64,000 bases of DNA from an uncultured Chthonomonadaceae bacterium (GCA_963835065.1 CAWIEK010000049.1:729146-793145); one strand, 5' to 3'. Shown: positions 20,866-32,464, counted from the stretch's first letter. Notes: generated from the letters alone by a model not told the origin. A program made the numbers and translations.

Positions 20866-22323
20866 TTGCATCTTGTGTTGGTTGGAATCAGTCATCACGA
20901 AGCGCCGATTGAACTGCGCGAGCGGCTCAGTTGCGCGCCCCATGCGCTGGGCGGAGCGCTGTCGCATTTGTCCGGCTGCCCCGGCGTGGCGGAGGGCGTG
21001 ATACTGTCCACCTGCAATCGCATGGAAGTGTACGCGGCGGTTCACGGCGCGAATGTGGAGGACGCTTACCACGCGCTGACACAGCACCTTGCCGCGTTTC
21101 ATAAATTACCGGAAGCCGCGTTTGAAGCGCGATTGTACTGCAAGTTTGAGGCTGACGCTACCGCGCACCTTTTACGGGTTTCCGGCGGATTGGACTCGCT
21201 GGTGCTGGGCGAACCGCAGATATTGGGGCAGGTGAAAGCCGCGCTGAAAGCCGCGCAAACCGCCGGGTCGTGCGGGCCGATACTTTCCAAACTGTTTACG
21301 TTCGCGCTGGCTGCCGGCAAGCGCATCCGGGCGGAAACGGGGTTGGGCAAAGGCGGCTTTTCCATTGGCCATGCCGCAGTGGGGTTGGCGCAACGCATAC
21401 TCGACGATTTCTCCCGCGCCCGCGTTTTGATTCTGGGCGCAGGCAAAATGAGCGAAGTGACCGCCGCGCATTTGAAGCGCAATGGCGTCCAATTCGTCGT
21501 TGTCGCCAATCGCACCTTTGACAAAGCCGTGTCGCTGGCGCAGCGATTGGGCGGGCAGGCCATACAGTACGATCAGTTTTTAGACGAGATGGTACGCGCC
21601 GATATTGTAATCTCTTCCACAGCCGCTCCCCACCCCATTCTGCGCCGCGAGATGCTGGCTCCCGTGATGAAGAAGCGCCGGGGCAAGCCCCTGTTCCTGA
21701 TTGACATCGCCCTGCCCCGCGACATTGACCCGGATGTGAACGGCCTGGAAAACGTGTACCTGCGCAACATTGACGATTTGCAGGAATACATGGCGCAGGA
21801 CGCCCGCGCCCGCGCCGGGGAAGTGGCGCAGGCGGAGCAGATCGTTACGGCGGAAACCGCTTCCTTTTTAACCTGGCTGCGGCATCGGGGCGCGGTTCCC
21901 ATCATTGCCAGCCTGCGCTCCCATCTGGACGACATGACTCAGGAACGGCTGGATATTCTGCGCGCCCGCCTGGGAACCGTCAACGAACGCGACTGGCAAA
22001 TCATCGAAACCCAAATGCGCGCCCTGATGGATCAAGTCGCCCTCGAACCCACCCGCCGCCTCAAACGCGCCATGCAGACGCCCCATCCCGACGCGCCCAA
22101 ACCCGCCCAATACGACCTGCTGGAAGCGACGCGAGAGTTGTTCGGATTAGAGGAAGAAAAGAAGAAGAGAAGAAAAGGAGAAAAGGAGACAGAAGAGGGA
22201 ACAGAAGGCAATGCTGAACGCGGAATGATGAGTGATGAATGGGATGCAAATTCATCACTCATCACTCATCACTCATCACTTTCCTCCCCCTCAACCCTGC
22301 TGGACGCGGAGGCGCTGCCATGA
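20866..22323 (+). CDS. hemA: glutamyl-tRNA reductase
   Basis: LSTCNRME, SLVLGEPQILGQVK, GAGKM, DIALPRD; repeat-derived C-terminal extension. Confidence 0.95.
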   Translation: MHLVLVGISHHEAPIELRERLSCAPHALGGALSHLSGCPGVAEGVILSTCNRMEVYAAVHGANVEDAYHALTQHLAAFHKLPEAAFEARLYCKFEADATAHLLRVSGGLDSLVLGEPQILGQVKAALKAAQTAGSCGPILSKLFTFALAAGKRIRAETGLGKGGFSIGHAAVGLAQRILDDFSRARVLILGAGKMSEVTAAHLKRNGVQFVVVANRTFDKAVSLAQRLGGQAIQYDQFLDEMVRADIVISSTAAPHPILRREMLAPVMKKRRGKPLFLIDIALPRDIDPDVNGLENVYLRNIDDLQEYMAQDARARAGEVAQAEQIVTAETASFLTWLRHRGAVPIIASLRSHLDDMTQERLDILRARLGTVNERDWQIIETQMRALMDQVALEPTRRLKRAMQTPHPDAPKPAQYDLLEATRELFGLEEEKKKRRKGEKETEEGTEGNAERGMMSDEWDANSSLITHHSSLSSPSTLLDAEALP

Positions 22324-23177
22324 CATTTGCCTTTTGGAACGCGATTGCGTTTGGATTGTATTTGGCGGCGGCGGCTTGCAGCGGCGCGATTTTGTTTTTG
22401 CGCGCGCCCGCCGCGCCCCTTCTGGCGCAGACAAACGCTGGCGAGTTCAGAGTCGCGCGCTGGAGCCGCCCGCTGTTGGGATTGGGATTATTGGCGCAGT
22501 TTGTCGCCATCGGCCTGTGGTGCGTGTCCACGCATCATTCGCCCTTTGCAAGCACGTATGGAACCATGTCCGTCCTCGCGTGGATTATCGCCCTTGCCTA
22601 CCTGGCGGTGGATTGGCGCGGACGCCTGCCACTGGTCGGCGCAATTGCCCTGCTGGTTGCCTGCGTGGTGCTGTTTTGGGGCAGCCTGCACGCGCAGAAT
22701 GCGCTGGCAAACGCCGCGTACATCAACACCCAGATGGTCAGCCTGCACGTACTGGCGATTCTGGCAAGTTTCGCCCTGTTTGCCCTTGCCTTCGGCTGCG
22801 CCACGCTGTATCTGGTGCAAAACCACCTGCTGAAAGCGCCCCATGTACCCGACACCCTGCGCCGCCTGCCTTCGCTTTCCACCTTAGATGGCGTCGCTTA
22901 TCACAGCGTGGCGTTTGCTCTGCCCCTGCTCACGCTCGGCCTGACGCTCGGCATCGTGTTTATCTACAGCGGCGTTCGTCCAAAAACGTCCACGCATTGG
23001 TTTGCCGACCCGACAACGCTCCTGTCGTTCGTGGCCTGGGCGCTGTACGTGGTCTACCTTGCCGCTCGCCTGGGATTAGGCTGGCGCGGCGTCCGCCTGC
23101 AATACATTCTTTTAGTCGGCCTGGTGCTTGCCCTGGCGGTGTACGCCCTGCCGTCTTCCATGCACCACTTTGGGTAG
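22320..23177 (+). CDS. cytochrome c assembly family protein (CcsA/HemX-like)
   Basis: ATGA overlap with hemA; multi-TM; SLHV, LPSLSTLD, WFADP, GWRG. Confidence 0.82.
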   Translation: MTFAFWNAIAFGLYLAAAACSGAILFLRAPAAPLLAQTNAGEFRVARWSRPLLGLGLLAQFVAIGLWCVSTHHSPFASTYGTMSVLAWIIALAYLAVDWRGRLPLVGAIALLVACVVLFWGSLHAQNALANAAYINTQMVSLHVLAILASFALFALAFGCATLYLVQNHLLKAPHVPDTLRRLPSLSTLDGVAYHSVAFALPLLTLGLTLGIVFIYSGVRPKTSTHWFADPTTLLSFVAWALYVVYLAARLGLGWRGVRLQYILLVGLVLALAVYALPSSMHHFG

Positions 23178-23380
23178 GGTTCGTCAGGGTTTTAGAGTTC
23201 TATGGTTTTAGGGTTTCAGGTGTTGGAGTACGCCTGTTTGCCCCATGACAGGCGGCGTGATTGACAACGCGCCCCTTTTGCTTGTACACTGCATTGATTG
23301 GTTGCCACATTCCGTATTTACAATTATCCCTATCACCCTAAAACCATACAACCCTAAAACCCTGATAGTAGGCAACAACT

Positions 23381-24274
23381 ATGAAACTGTGCGCGATTAC
23401 CGATGAAATCTCTCAGGAATTTGAACACGCGCTGGACGTGCTGCTGGAATATGGCGCGACGGGGGCGGAACTGCGCGGACTGTGGGGAACCAATATCGCC
23501 GACCTGTCCGAAGAGCAGGCGCAGCGCGCGAAAACGGCGTTGCGCGAACGCAATTTAACGGTTCCCTGCCTGTCCACGCCGTTTTATAAATGCGATTTGA
23601 ACATGCAGAGTCCCAATCCCGGCGAGGAAGCGGGCGCGATGCACCTGGCGCAGGCGCGAACGATGGAACAGCAGGCCGAACTGCTGGAACGCTGCCTCCG
23701 CCTGGCGCATTTTTTTGAAGCGCCCTTTTTGCGCGTGTTCGCCTTCTGGCGCAAGGATGTAATGACGCCTGACATTGAGCAGCGCATTTTAGACGCTTTT
23801 GAAGCCCCGGTTGCCAGAGCCGCGCAGGAGGGCGTTACGCTGGTTCTGGAAAACGAACACGCTTGTTTTGTCGGTTCAGGCGTGGAAGCCGCGCGCATTT
23901 TAGGTCGTGTCAATTCGCCGCATCTGCGCGCCTGCTGGGACCCCGGCAATGCGTTTTCGCTCGGCGAACGGCCCTACCCGGATGGCTACGAAGCGGTCAA
24001 GCCCTACATTGCCCACGTCCACATCAAGGACGCCCGCAATGTGGCAACACCCGATCACGGCCTGCAGCCGCAATGGTGCGTCGTGGGCGAAGGCGAAATT
24101 GATTATCCCGGCCAGTTCGCTGCCCTGCAGCGAGACGGCTATGACGGCTGGCTTTCCCTGGAAACCCATTTCCGCCCCGCCGTCGGTTCGGGGCCGGACG
24201 GCAAAGGCACTCCCGAAGAAGGCTCCCGTCCGTGTTTGGCCTATTTGAGTAAGGCATTAGGCATCAGGCATTAG
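23381..24274 (+). CDS. sugar phosphate isomerase/epimerase (AP endonuclease 2 TIM barrel)
   Basis: ITDEIS, LENEH, WDPGN, HVHIKD, SLETH; TTGACA-N18-TACACT upstream at 23261. Confidence 0.88.
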   Translation: MKLCAITDEISQEFEHALDVLLEYGATGAELRGLWGTNIADLSEEQAQRAKTALRERNLTVPCLSTPFYKCDLNMQSPNPGEEAGAMHLAQARTMEQQAELLERCLRLAHFFEAPFLRVFAFWRKDVMTPDIEQRILDAFEAPVARAAQEGVTLVLENEHACFVGSGVEAARILGRVNSPHLRACWDPGNAFSLGERPYPDGYEAVKPYIAHVHIKDARNVATPDHGLQPQWCVVGEGEIDYPGQFAALQRDGYDGWLSLETHFRPAVGSGPDGKGTPEEGSRPCLAYLSKALGIRH

Positions 24275-24345
24275 GCATTAGGGAAGAGGCACAAACCTCT
24301 TCTGTCTTTTCTAATGCCTGATGCCTGATGCCTAATGCCTGCATT
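24252..24345. repeat. (AGGCATT)n/(AATGCCT)n hairpin element
   Basis: Inverted heptamer arms, overlaps the upstream stop. Confidence 0.85.
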
Positions 24346-24358
24346 TAAGGAATAAACC

Positions 24359-26342
24359 ATGTTTTCCGTTGGTGGAATGAGAACGTTTTTCAATCGTTTC
24401 GGCAGTGGCTGCGCGCTGGTGCTGGTACTTGTGTTTGCTATCCCGCTGATTGTCAATTTCAGCAGCAACCAGTTGGGCAACCGCGCCCTGCGCAATAATA
24501 CCAATGCTTCCGGGGGATACGGAGATTGCCACTGTCAACGACCAGCCCATAACTGAGGCCGAGTTTCGGCAAATGCAGCAAAGCATGGCGCAGCGCCAGG
24601 GCAGCGCCGCCCCCGGACGCGGGTATGCGGAACAGCAGGGGCAGGTGATGCAGCAGTTGATTAGATTGGCTGTGGTCCGGCAGGAAGCGCAGCGCCGCAA
24701 CGCCCGCCCACTGGAAGCCGATATTGACCGCTCCATTGACCAACTGCGGCAGGCTGTCGCGCAAAACCAGAACAAAGCCAAATTGTCGGATTCGGAATGG
24801 GACGAATTTCTTTCCAGTCGGAACCTGACCGGTTCCGACCTGCGCGAACAGACCGCCAAAGACCTGATTCCGCAGGCGCTCATCAACAGCCTCAAATCGG
24901 AACAAAAAGTCACGGAAGCGGAAGCGCGTAACCAGTACGCGCAGGCGCATTTGATGCTGGTGGAAGTGGCCTATCAAGACCCGGCCATGCCGGTCCTTCC
25001 CAACCAGAAAACCAAACTGCCCACCGAAGCGGAAGCGCAGAAGAAGGCCAACGACCTGCTTGCCAAAGTGAAAGCGGGCGCGAACATGGCGCAAATCGCT
25101 GCCGCCAACGCCCCGGACCAGGTCAGCGCCAAGAAAGCCGGCGATATTGGAACCGTTGCCGAGTATCCCAATCAGGCATCCGGCCAGTTTTCGATGAACC
25201 TTCAACTCCTGTATGGCAAGGAGTTGGCCGAAGCCGTTCACAAACTGCAAAAGGGGCAGTTGACCGGCGTCGTGAAACTTGGCGGGCCACAGCGCGCGTT
25301 CGGTTTCGCCCGCCTGGTGGATCGAACCATCAACACGCCAAAAGATTTCGATGTCAAGAAAGCGATGGCCGCGCTTGCCGAGCAACGCGCCAACACTCAG
25401 ATTGGCGAACTGGTCAAATCGCTCACCAAATCCGCCAAAATTAACTTCAAAGACCCGGATAAGAAAGCCTACTACGATCTCGCGGAATTGGACTCCGCGA
25501 ATCAGCCCAGCATCGAAGACATGATGAGCGGCGTAACGCCGCCCATGCCAGACAAAGCCGAAACTGAGGCAAAGCAGGCAGTTGTCAACAAAGAATTCGA
25601 GGATTTGGCGAAACGGCATCCTGATGATGTGAACGCCATGATTATCGTCGCCGACAACCTCAAAGCCGACCCGAAGAAGATGCTGGAACCCGGCGCGCAG
25701 GATCGCTTGATTCAGATGGACGAGGCCATTCTCAAGCTGAGTGACGATCAGGACCGGCGCTTTGAACTCGCCACATTATACCGGGATAAGAAGCAGTACG
25801 ACAAAGCTAAGGTGCAATATGACCGCATCGCCAAACTGCTGAGTTACAACCCGACGTATGACGCCGACTCCATGCAGTCTGCCGCAGAGGTACATAGGAA
25901 GCTGGAACAGGGCTACCGGAGCATCAACCAATCCGTAGAAGCGGACAAGGAAAAAAACACGTTCGACGCCTTGCAGCAGAAAATCACGATGGCAAAGCTC
26001 AAGGAGGCCGAGGAGCAGCGCAAGAACAAAACGGGTACGGGTATTTCGCCCAATAGCACCATTACCCTGCCCCCGGGCGGCAGCGCAACCGTTCCCGCCG
26101 GAGCCGACAATCAAGCGCCAATAACCATCACGCCGTCGCCCTCACCGGGTTCCGCGCCGACAACGCCGGGGGCGCAGACCCCGGCTTCAGGCGCAACGCC
26201 TGCTGCTCCATCCGGTTCCGGGCTGAATTTGAACCTGAAACCGACGGGAGCGCCGACAGGTGGGACGGGCGCTTCCGCTCCTGCCACGACGGGGAGCGCG
26301 CCTGCCAAGCCCGTCCCACCATCGGGCGGCGTGAAGCGCTGA
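24359..26342 (+). CDS. SurA/PrsA-like foldase with TPR region; frameshift near 24512-24516
   Basis: SD, start and signal anchor are in the 24359 frame; IATVNDQPITEAEF, EAQKKANDLL, AGDIG are in the +1 frame; removing one G from the GGGGG run joins them. Confidence 0.75.
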
Positions 26343-26349
26343 CGCCGAA

Positions 26350-27132
26350 ATGCGCCGCGTTCCTGTTCAGCGTTCGCCTGCCACTCCTGAAAAGCAAGTG
26401 GCAGGCGAATCCGATACTGATGTTTCTTCCGCGCCATCCTCGCCGGGAACCTTTTACCTGATTCCCGTGCCGATTGGCAATGCCGAAGACATCAGCCTGC
26501 GTGCCCTGCGTATTTTGCGCGGGGCAGCCACCATTCTGGCAGAAAACCCCGCCGTTTCCCGCCGCCTGTTACTCGAATGGGACATTAACGCCCGCCTGCT
26601 TCGTTATGGAGGCAGGGAAGCCGGGCAGCGAGTCACAGAACTCATAGCAACGCTGAACGCAGGCGGGAACGTTGCCCTGATTTGCGACGCCGGTACGCCG
26701 GGAATCGCAGACTCGTGCCTGCCACTCGTTCGCGCTGTTCTTGAGCGGGGCTTGCAGGTCACATCTCTTCCCGGCCCCTCCGCCGTTCTGGTTGCCCTGA
26801 CCGCTTCCGGGCTGCCGACAGACCGCTTTGTCTTTGATGGGTTTCCGCCCCGCCATGCCGCGCAGCGTACCGACTTTTTCCATCGTCTCGCGCAGGAAGA
26901 GCGTACCATTGTGCTGTATGAGTTCCCCGCCGGTCTCCCTTCCACCCTGCTTGCTTTGGAACAGGCGCTTGGTTCGCAGCGCGCAATAGCGCTGGCTTAC
27001 AACCTGACAAAACCGAGTGAAGCCTGGCTGCGCGGCACAATCGAATCGGCGCTTGCAGCCATTCATGCTAACACATTCAGAAATTGTTCTCGTGGCGAGT
27101 ACACGCTTGTAATCGCGGGCTGTCGTTCCTGA
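26350..27132 (+). CDS. rsmI: 16S rRNA (C1402-2'-O)-methyltransferase
   Basis: PIGNAEDISLRA, DAGTPGIAD, LPGPSA, FVFDGF. Confidence 0.88.
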   Translation: MRRVPVQRSPATPEKQVAGESDTDVSSAPSSPGTFYLIPVPIGNAEDISLRALRILRGAATILAENPAVSRRLLLEWDINARLLRYGGREAGQRVTELIATLNAGGNVALICDAGTPGIADSCLPLVRAVLERGLQVTSLPGPSAVLVALTASGLPTDRFVFDGFPPRHAAQRTDFFHRLAQEERTIVLYEFPAGLPSTLLALEQALGSQRAIALAYNLTKPSEAWLRGTIESALAAIHANTFRNCSRGEYTLVIAGCRS

Positions 27133-27371
27133 AGCAAAGTCAGGCGCGTAAGCCGCTTACTGCTTTCGTGAGCGCGGCAGGGAAGTTCCCAAAGCAAGTT
27201 TGCATATATTTCCTGTTTTGACCGATTTACAGTAAGATTGACGATGCTTTTCCTGCGAAAATGCCTTATAATGTACGTGGAAATTGCCCACTTGCCTCCT
27301 GTCGCTGAGGCGCGGCGGAGTTCGTGACAATTTTCAAAAATATTTTCGTTTTCGGGTCAAAAACTCGATTC

Positions 27372-27387
27372 TGGCATGAAACTTGCA
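27372..27387 (+). promoter_or_regulatory. sigma54 -24/-12 promoter
   Basis: TGGCAT-GAAAC-TTGCA, about 130 nt upstream of the sugar transferase. Confidence 0.7.
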
Positions 27388-27516
27388 ATACTTACTATTG
27401 AGGAAGCGTTTCCAGCCCATCTCGCAGGCGCAGTCGGTTTCGTCAATTGTTGCTTTTCGCCGAGCAGTTCCTTAACCTGTACAAACAGGATCAATTTTTA
27501 GATGGATATAAGGAGC

Positions 27517-28401
27517 ATGTCTCCCATGGAAACTCTTCGCGAAAGCCAGCCCACCCTTGTTCTTGTCGGGCTTGAACAGGAACCCGGTTCCCGACTGCAG
27601 GATAAAAGCGCAGCCGAACGGATGATTTCGGAGCGAAGCGCGCCTGTACCGACTGTTCCGGCGGCCTATTTGCCCATTACAACGCATCTGCCTCATCAAT
27701 CCAGTCAAACGGAGACGGCATTGCTTTATCAGGATACACCCAGTTTACAAAACCGATTTAAGCGTGACTTCGCAGACCCGTTGTTTCCCTGCAAGCCCGT
27801 TCCCTACGCAACCGTAAAACGTTTTTTCGACATCGTTTTGTCGCTGTGCTTTCTGCTTGTGTGTTCTCCCATCCTGCTGCTGACCGCGCTGCTGATTAAA
27901 CTGACCTCGCGCGGCCCGGTGTTTTTCAAGCAGGTGCGCGTGGGACAGAGTGGCCGCCATTTCTGGTGCTACAAATTCCGCAGCATGTGCGTGGACGCCG
28001 AAGAAAAGAAACAGTTGTTGATGCACCTCAACGAAGCGTCCGGCCCGGTTTTCAAAATCAAGCGCGACCCGCGCGTTACGCCCATCGGCAGCTTCATTCG
28101 CAAACTCAGCATTGATGAGTTTCCGCAATTTTTCAATGTGCTTTCCGGGGATATGTCCATTGTCGGCCCGCGTCCGCCCCTCCCTTCCGAGGTATCCACC
28201 TACACCGCTTATCAGCGTGGCCGGCTGGCCGTGCGTCCGGGTCTGACCTGTTTGTGGCAGGTAAGCGGGCGCAGCAACATTTCCTTCGAGCGCTGGGTGG
28301 AACTGGACCTGCTGTACATCGAAACCATGTCCTTCACCAATGATGTCAAAATCGTGCTGAAAACCATTCCCGCCGTCCTCAAAGGGTCGGGAGCGCATTG
28401 A
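27517..28401 (+). CDS. priming sugar transferase (polyprenyl glycosylphosphotransferase)
   Basis: KRFFDI, YKFRSM, DPRVT, SIDEFPQ, MSIVGPRP, RPGLT. Confidence 0.93.
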   Translation: MSPMETLRESQPTLVLVGLEQEPGSRLQDKSAAERMISERSAPVPTVPAAYLPITTHLPHQSSQTETALLYQDTPSLQNRFKRDFADPLFPCKPVPYATVKRFFDIVLSLCFLLVCSPILLLTALLIKLTSRGPVFFKQVRVGQSGRHFWCYKFRSMCVDAEEKKQLLMHLNEASGPVFKIKRDPRVTPIGSFIRKLSIDEFPQFFNVLSGDMSIVGPRPPLPSEVSTYTAYQRGRLAVRPGLTCLWQVSGRSNISFERWVELDLLYIETMSFTNDVKIVLKTIPAVLKGSGAH

Positions 28402-28528
28402 CAATTTAGGTAGTCAGGTGTCAGGGTTCAGGTAGTCAGGTACTCGGTTGTTGACTGACCGGGCGAAGAACTTGCTGTACTTTTGCATTCCTGATACCGA
28501 TCCCTGAACACCTGAACACCTATCTTTT

Positions 28529-29338
28529 ATGCCTGCCATCGGCGTCATTTATCTAGCCTGGGTTCCGCTCGGATTGCCGCCCCTTGAACGCTTCCTCGCC
28601 TCTTACCGCCATTATCCCGCCGGGTTGTCGCACGATCTGATTGTCGTTTGTAACGGGTATCAGAACGTGTCGGAGCTTGCTGTCTATCAGGAGCGGCTTC
28701 AGGACATGCCGTATTTACTGCATTCCATCGAAACGCCGCAGCAGGATATTGCGAGTTACCTTGCCGCCGCGCGTACATTTTCGCATGACTATCTCTGCTT
28801 CCTGAACTCCTACAGCGAACTGCAAGCGCCGGACTGGCTCCAAAAATTGTACAACCCGTTTTCCAATCCATCCGTCGGACTTGTGGGCGCGACGGGATCG
28901 TGGGAAACGCGGCAAATCGTGGTTCCCCTGCGCAATCTGCGCACCTGGCTGGCTTATCGCCTGCATAATCGCCGCTGGCCCGCCTTTCCCAACCCGCACA
29001 TCCGCTCCACCGGCTTCCTGCTGGCGCGAGAAACCATGCTGCGATTGTCCCTGCCGCCTATTCAGACCAAAGAGGATGCCTACCACTTTGAACACGGCTT
29101 CCACAGCATGACGCGCCAGATTCAAGGCTGGAACCTCGACGTTCTGTTGGTGGATAAAGAGGGGCGGGCGTTTGCGCCGGAGGAATGGCCGCAAACTCGC
29201 ACATTTCGTTCCGGGGATCAAAGCCAACTTTTGATCACCGACAATCGCACTCAGTTGTATCGTGACGGCGACCTTGCCACAAAACGTGACATGACGCGGC
29301 AGGCGTGGGGCAGTTCGGCTCTGCCCCTTAGCGAGTAG
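28529..29338 (+). CDS. hypothetical polysaccharide-locus protein, glycosyltransferase-like
   Basis: Context; YLCFLNSYS, GLVGATGS, PNPHIRSTGF. Confidence 0.6.
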   Translation: MPAIGVIYLAWVPLGLPPLERFLASYRHYPAGLSHDLIVVCNGYQNVSELAVYQERLQDMPYLLHSIETPQQDIASYLAAARTFSHDYLCFLNSYSELQAPDWLQKLYNPFSNPSVGLVGATGSWETRQIVVPLRNLRTWLAYRLHNRRWPAFPNPHIRSTGFLLARETMLRLSLPPIQTKEDAYHFEHGFHSMTRQIQGWNLDVLLVDKEGRAFAPEEWPQTRTFRSGDQSQLLITDNRTQLYRDGDLATKRDMTRQAWGSSALPLSE

Positions 29339-29547
29339 AAATACAAGAAAAAACACGAGAGAAAACTAACATTGGTGAGAATTTTCCTGAACGGTTTGCA
29401 GGGCAAAGCGGCGCAAGCGTGGTACAATGGTAGTGGTTTTTGCGTATCGCTGTGGTTTCATCCTTTCGGCGGCAGGCGGCGCTTGCCCCTTCTTTGCCGA
29501 CAGAATACTGAAAAAGATGCTGTGTTTTGTTTCAAGGAGTTTTCGCA

Positions 29548-30363
29548 TTGGATCCCAACTTATCCCCTACCCCTACCGCCGCGCCCGTTGCCTCTGTTCC
29601 TGCCGCCGCCGAAACCGCGACGCCGGTTGTCAATCGCCGCCTTTCCCGCCTGGCGCGGACACAGCGCGAATACACGCTGTCCGTCCTGATTCCCGTTTAC
29701 AACGAAGTGAACACGCTGCTGGAACTTCTTGACCGCGTAAGGGATGTGGAAATCACTAAAGAAATCATTCTGGTGGACGATGGCAGCACGGACGGGACGC
29801 GCGACCTGATGCGAACGCAAATCGAAGGCCAGTTCCCCGATGTAAAGGTGTTTTATCACGAACAAAACATGGGCAAAGGCGCGGCGATACGCACGGCGAT
29901 TGCGCAGGCAACGGGCGATTACCTGATTGTGCAGGACGCGGATTTGGAGTATGATCCCCGCGAATACTATACTCTGCTGGAACCACTCTTGGATGGGCGG
30001 GCGGATGTGGTTTACGGCAGCCGCTTCCTGGGTGGCGGGGCGCACCGGGTTCATTTCTTTTGGCATCGCGTCGGCAATGGCCTGCTCACGCTGCTGTCCA
30101 ATATGCTGACAAACCTGAACCTGACCGATATGGAAGTGTGCTACAAAGTGTTCAAGCGCGAAGTGCTGCAAAGCATCACCCTGCGCTGCAACAAATTCGA
30201 TTTTGAACCCGAAGTCACGGCCAAAGTCGCCAAAAAACACTATCGCATCTACGAAGTGCCCATCAGCTACTCTGGCCGCGATTACGAAGAAGGCAAAAAG
30301 ATCGGCTGGCGTGACGGCGTTCAAGCCATCTGGACGATCTTGAAGTATAAGTTTACGGATTAG
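29548..30363 (+). CDS. GT2 glycosyltransferase (DPM1-like)
   Basis: [29 protein letters not shown]. Confidence 0.92.
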   Translation: MDPNLSPTPTAAPVASVPAAAETATPVVNRRLSRLARTQREYTLSVLIPVYNEVNTLLELLDRVRDVEITKEIILVDDGSTDGTRDLMRTQIEGQFPDVKVFYHEQNMGKGAAIRTAIAQATGDYLIVQDADLEYDPREYYTLLEPLLDGRADVVYGSRFLGGGAHRVHFFWHRVGNGLLTLLSNMLTNLNLTDMEVCYKVFKREVLQSITLRCNKFDFEPEVTAKVAKKHYRIYEVPISYSGRDYEEGKKIGWRDGVQAIWTILKYKFTD

Positions 30364-30371
30364 GAGGGGGA

Positions 30372-30480
30372 AGATAAGAGATAAGAGATAAGAGATAAGA
30401 GGCACATGTTGCCAATATTCTGCCAACTGTAAATAGAAGGTGTATGCACTCTTATCTTATATCTCTTATCTCTTATCTTC
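30372..30480. repeat. (GATAAGA)n/(TCTTATC)n hairpin element
   Basis: Inverted heptamer arms. Confidence 0.85.
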
Positions 30481-30499
30481 CCCTTACGGGGAGTTCCAC

Positions 30500-31474
30500 A
30501 TGATACTGGTAACGGGTGGCGCGGGTTATATCGGCAGCCATTATGTTCAATATGCTTTGGAGCAGGGCGAACAGGTTGTCGTATTGGACAATCTGGCGTA
30601 TGGGCATAAGGAAGCCGTGCCGGAAGGCGTTCCTTTTGTGGATGGCGACATGGGCGACGCGGCCCTGCTCGACAAAATCTTTACCGAACATTCCATTGAT
30701 GCGGTTGTGCATTTCGCCGCGTATGCGTATGTCGGCGAGTCGGTGACGGACCCTTCCAAGTATTACAACAACAATACATGCGCGGCCCTCGCCGTTCTGG
30801 ACGCCATGCGCCGCCACAATGCCAAGCATTTTGTGTTCTCCTCGACCTGCGCCACGTATGGCAACCCGCAGTACGTGCCGATGGACGAGAAGCACCCGCA
30901 GGCTCCCATCAATCCTTACGGCGAAAGCAAGTTTTTCGTAGAGCATATCCTCAAAGCCTACGACCACGCTTACGGCCTGCGCTTCACCGCCCTGCGCTAC
31001 TTCAATGCGGCGGGCGCGGATCCACAGGGGCGTATCGGGGAAAGCCATGAACCGGAAACACATCTCATCCCGCTGATTTTGCAGGTGGCAGCGGGAACCC
31101 GTGACCACATCGGCATTTTCGGCACGGACTACGACACGCCGGACGGAACCTGCATCCGCGATTATATCCACATTCTGGATTTGGCGCAGGCGCACTCCCT
31201 TGCTCTGAAGCGCCTGCGCGACGGGCATGAAAGCGCGTTTTACAATCTCGGCAGCGAGCAGGGCTATTCGGTGCGGGAAGTGATTGCGGCCTGCGAAAAG
31301 GTCTCCGGCAAACCGGTTCGCGTCATGGAAGGCCCGCGCCGCGCCGGCGATCCGCCTCGCCTGGTTGCCAGCGCGGGCAAAGCCAAAAGCGAACTCGGCT
31401 GGACGCCCCGCTTCCAAAACATGGAAGAAATCATCGCCACCGCCTGGAATTGGGAACAGCACCGCCGCTACTAA
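30500..31474 (+). CDS. galE: UDP-glucose 4-epimerase
   Basis: TGGAGYIGSH, HFAA..VGES, YGESK, LRYFNAAG, DGTCIRDYIH. Confidence 0.95.
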   Translation: MILVTGGAGYIGSHYVQYALEQGEQVVVLDNLAYGHKEAVPEGVPFVDGDMGDAALLDKIFTEHSIDAVVHFAAYAYVGESVTDPSKYYNNNTCAALAVLDAMRRHNAKHFVFSSTCATYGNPQYVPMDEKHPQAPINPYGESKFFVEHILKAYDHAYGLRFTALRYFNAAGADPQGRIGESHEPETHLIPLILQVAAGTRDHIGIFGTDYDTPDGTCIRDYIHILDLAQAHSLALKRLRDGHESAFYNLGSEQGYSVREVIAACEKVSGKPVRVMEGPRRAGDPPRLVASAGKAKSELGWTPRFQNMEEIIATAWNWEQHRRY

Positions 31475-31570
31475 AGTTTTACGCCGTTTCTGCCGCAAAT
31501 AAACGCAGTGGGACGCAAACACAACGCGCCCTAAATCCAAGCACGGCTACAAGAACGATAGGAACACGTT

Positions 31571-32464
31571 ATGAAGGGAATTGTGCTGGCGGGCGGGAGT
31601 GGAACGCGCCTGTACCCGGTGACGCAGGCTATCTCCAAGCAGATGCTGCCCATCTACGACAAGCCGATGATCTATTATCCGCTGTCCACGCTGATGCTTG
31701 CCGGAGTGCGCGACATTCTGCTGATTTCCACGCCGCAGGATTTGCCGATGTTTGAGCGTCTGTTAGGGGATGGCAGCCAGTACGGCATCAATCTATCGTA
31801 TGCGGAGCAGCCCCGCCCCGAAGGATTGGCGCAGGCGTTCCACATCGGCAAGCAGTTTGTAAACGGTGGCCCGGCCTGCCTGGTTCTGGGCGATAACATC
31901 TTCTTTGGACACGGCCTGCCCGAACAACTGCGCGCGGCAGCCAAACGTCCGACCGGGGCCACTATCTTCGGCTACTATGTGAAAGACCCGGAGCGCTACG
32001 GCGTCATGGAATTCGATGCGCAGGGACGGGTCATTTCGCTGGAAGAAAAGCCCGCCAATCCCAAGTCCGATTATGCCGTCGTGGGCCTGTATTTTTACGA
32101 TAATCAGATTACGGATATTGCCGCGTCCATCAAGCCTTCGGCGCGCGGCGAACTGGAAATCACGGATGTCAACAAAGTGTATCTGGAGCAGGGATCGCTT
32201 CACGCCGATTTGTTCGGCAGGGGCATCGCCTGGCTGGATACCGGAACCCACGAGTCGCTGCTGCAAGCCAGCAACTTCGTGGAGGCCATCGAGCAGCGTC
32301 AGGGCTTGCAAGTGGCCTGCCCGGAAGAAATCGCCTACCAATGCGGATGGATCACCGCCGATCAGGTAATGGAGCAAGTCGCCCGCCTGGGCAAAACCGA
32401 ATACGCCAAATATCTGGTGCGTTTAATCGCGGAAAAGCATCTGCCCCGAACATCAGGGGAATAG
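31571..32464 (+). CDS. rfbA: glucose-1-phosphate thymidylyltransferase
   Basis: [34 protein letters not shown]. Confidence 0.96.
   Translation: MKGIVLAGGSGTRLYPVTQAISKQMLPIYDKPMIYYPLSTLMLAGVRDILLISTPQDLPMFERLLGDGSQYGINLSYAEQPRPEGLAQAFHIGKQFVNGGPACLVLGDNIFFGHGLPEQLRAAAKRPTGATIFGYYVKDPERYGVMEFDAQGRVISLEEKPANPKSDYAVVGLYFYDNQITDIAASIKPSARGELEITDVNKVYLEQGSLHADLFGRGIAWLDTGTHESLLQASNFVEAIEQRQGLQVACPEEIAYQCGWITADQVMEQVARLGKTEYAKYLVRLIAEKHLPRTSGE

Noticed and set aside
27322..27339. Rex operator-like TCGTGACAATTTTCAAAA (weaker match near 18867)
   Set aside because: Three or more mismatches to TTGTGAA-N4-TTCACAA in AT-rich DNA; not distinguishable from chance.
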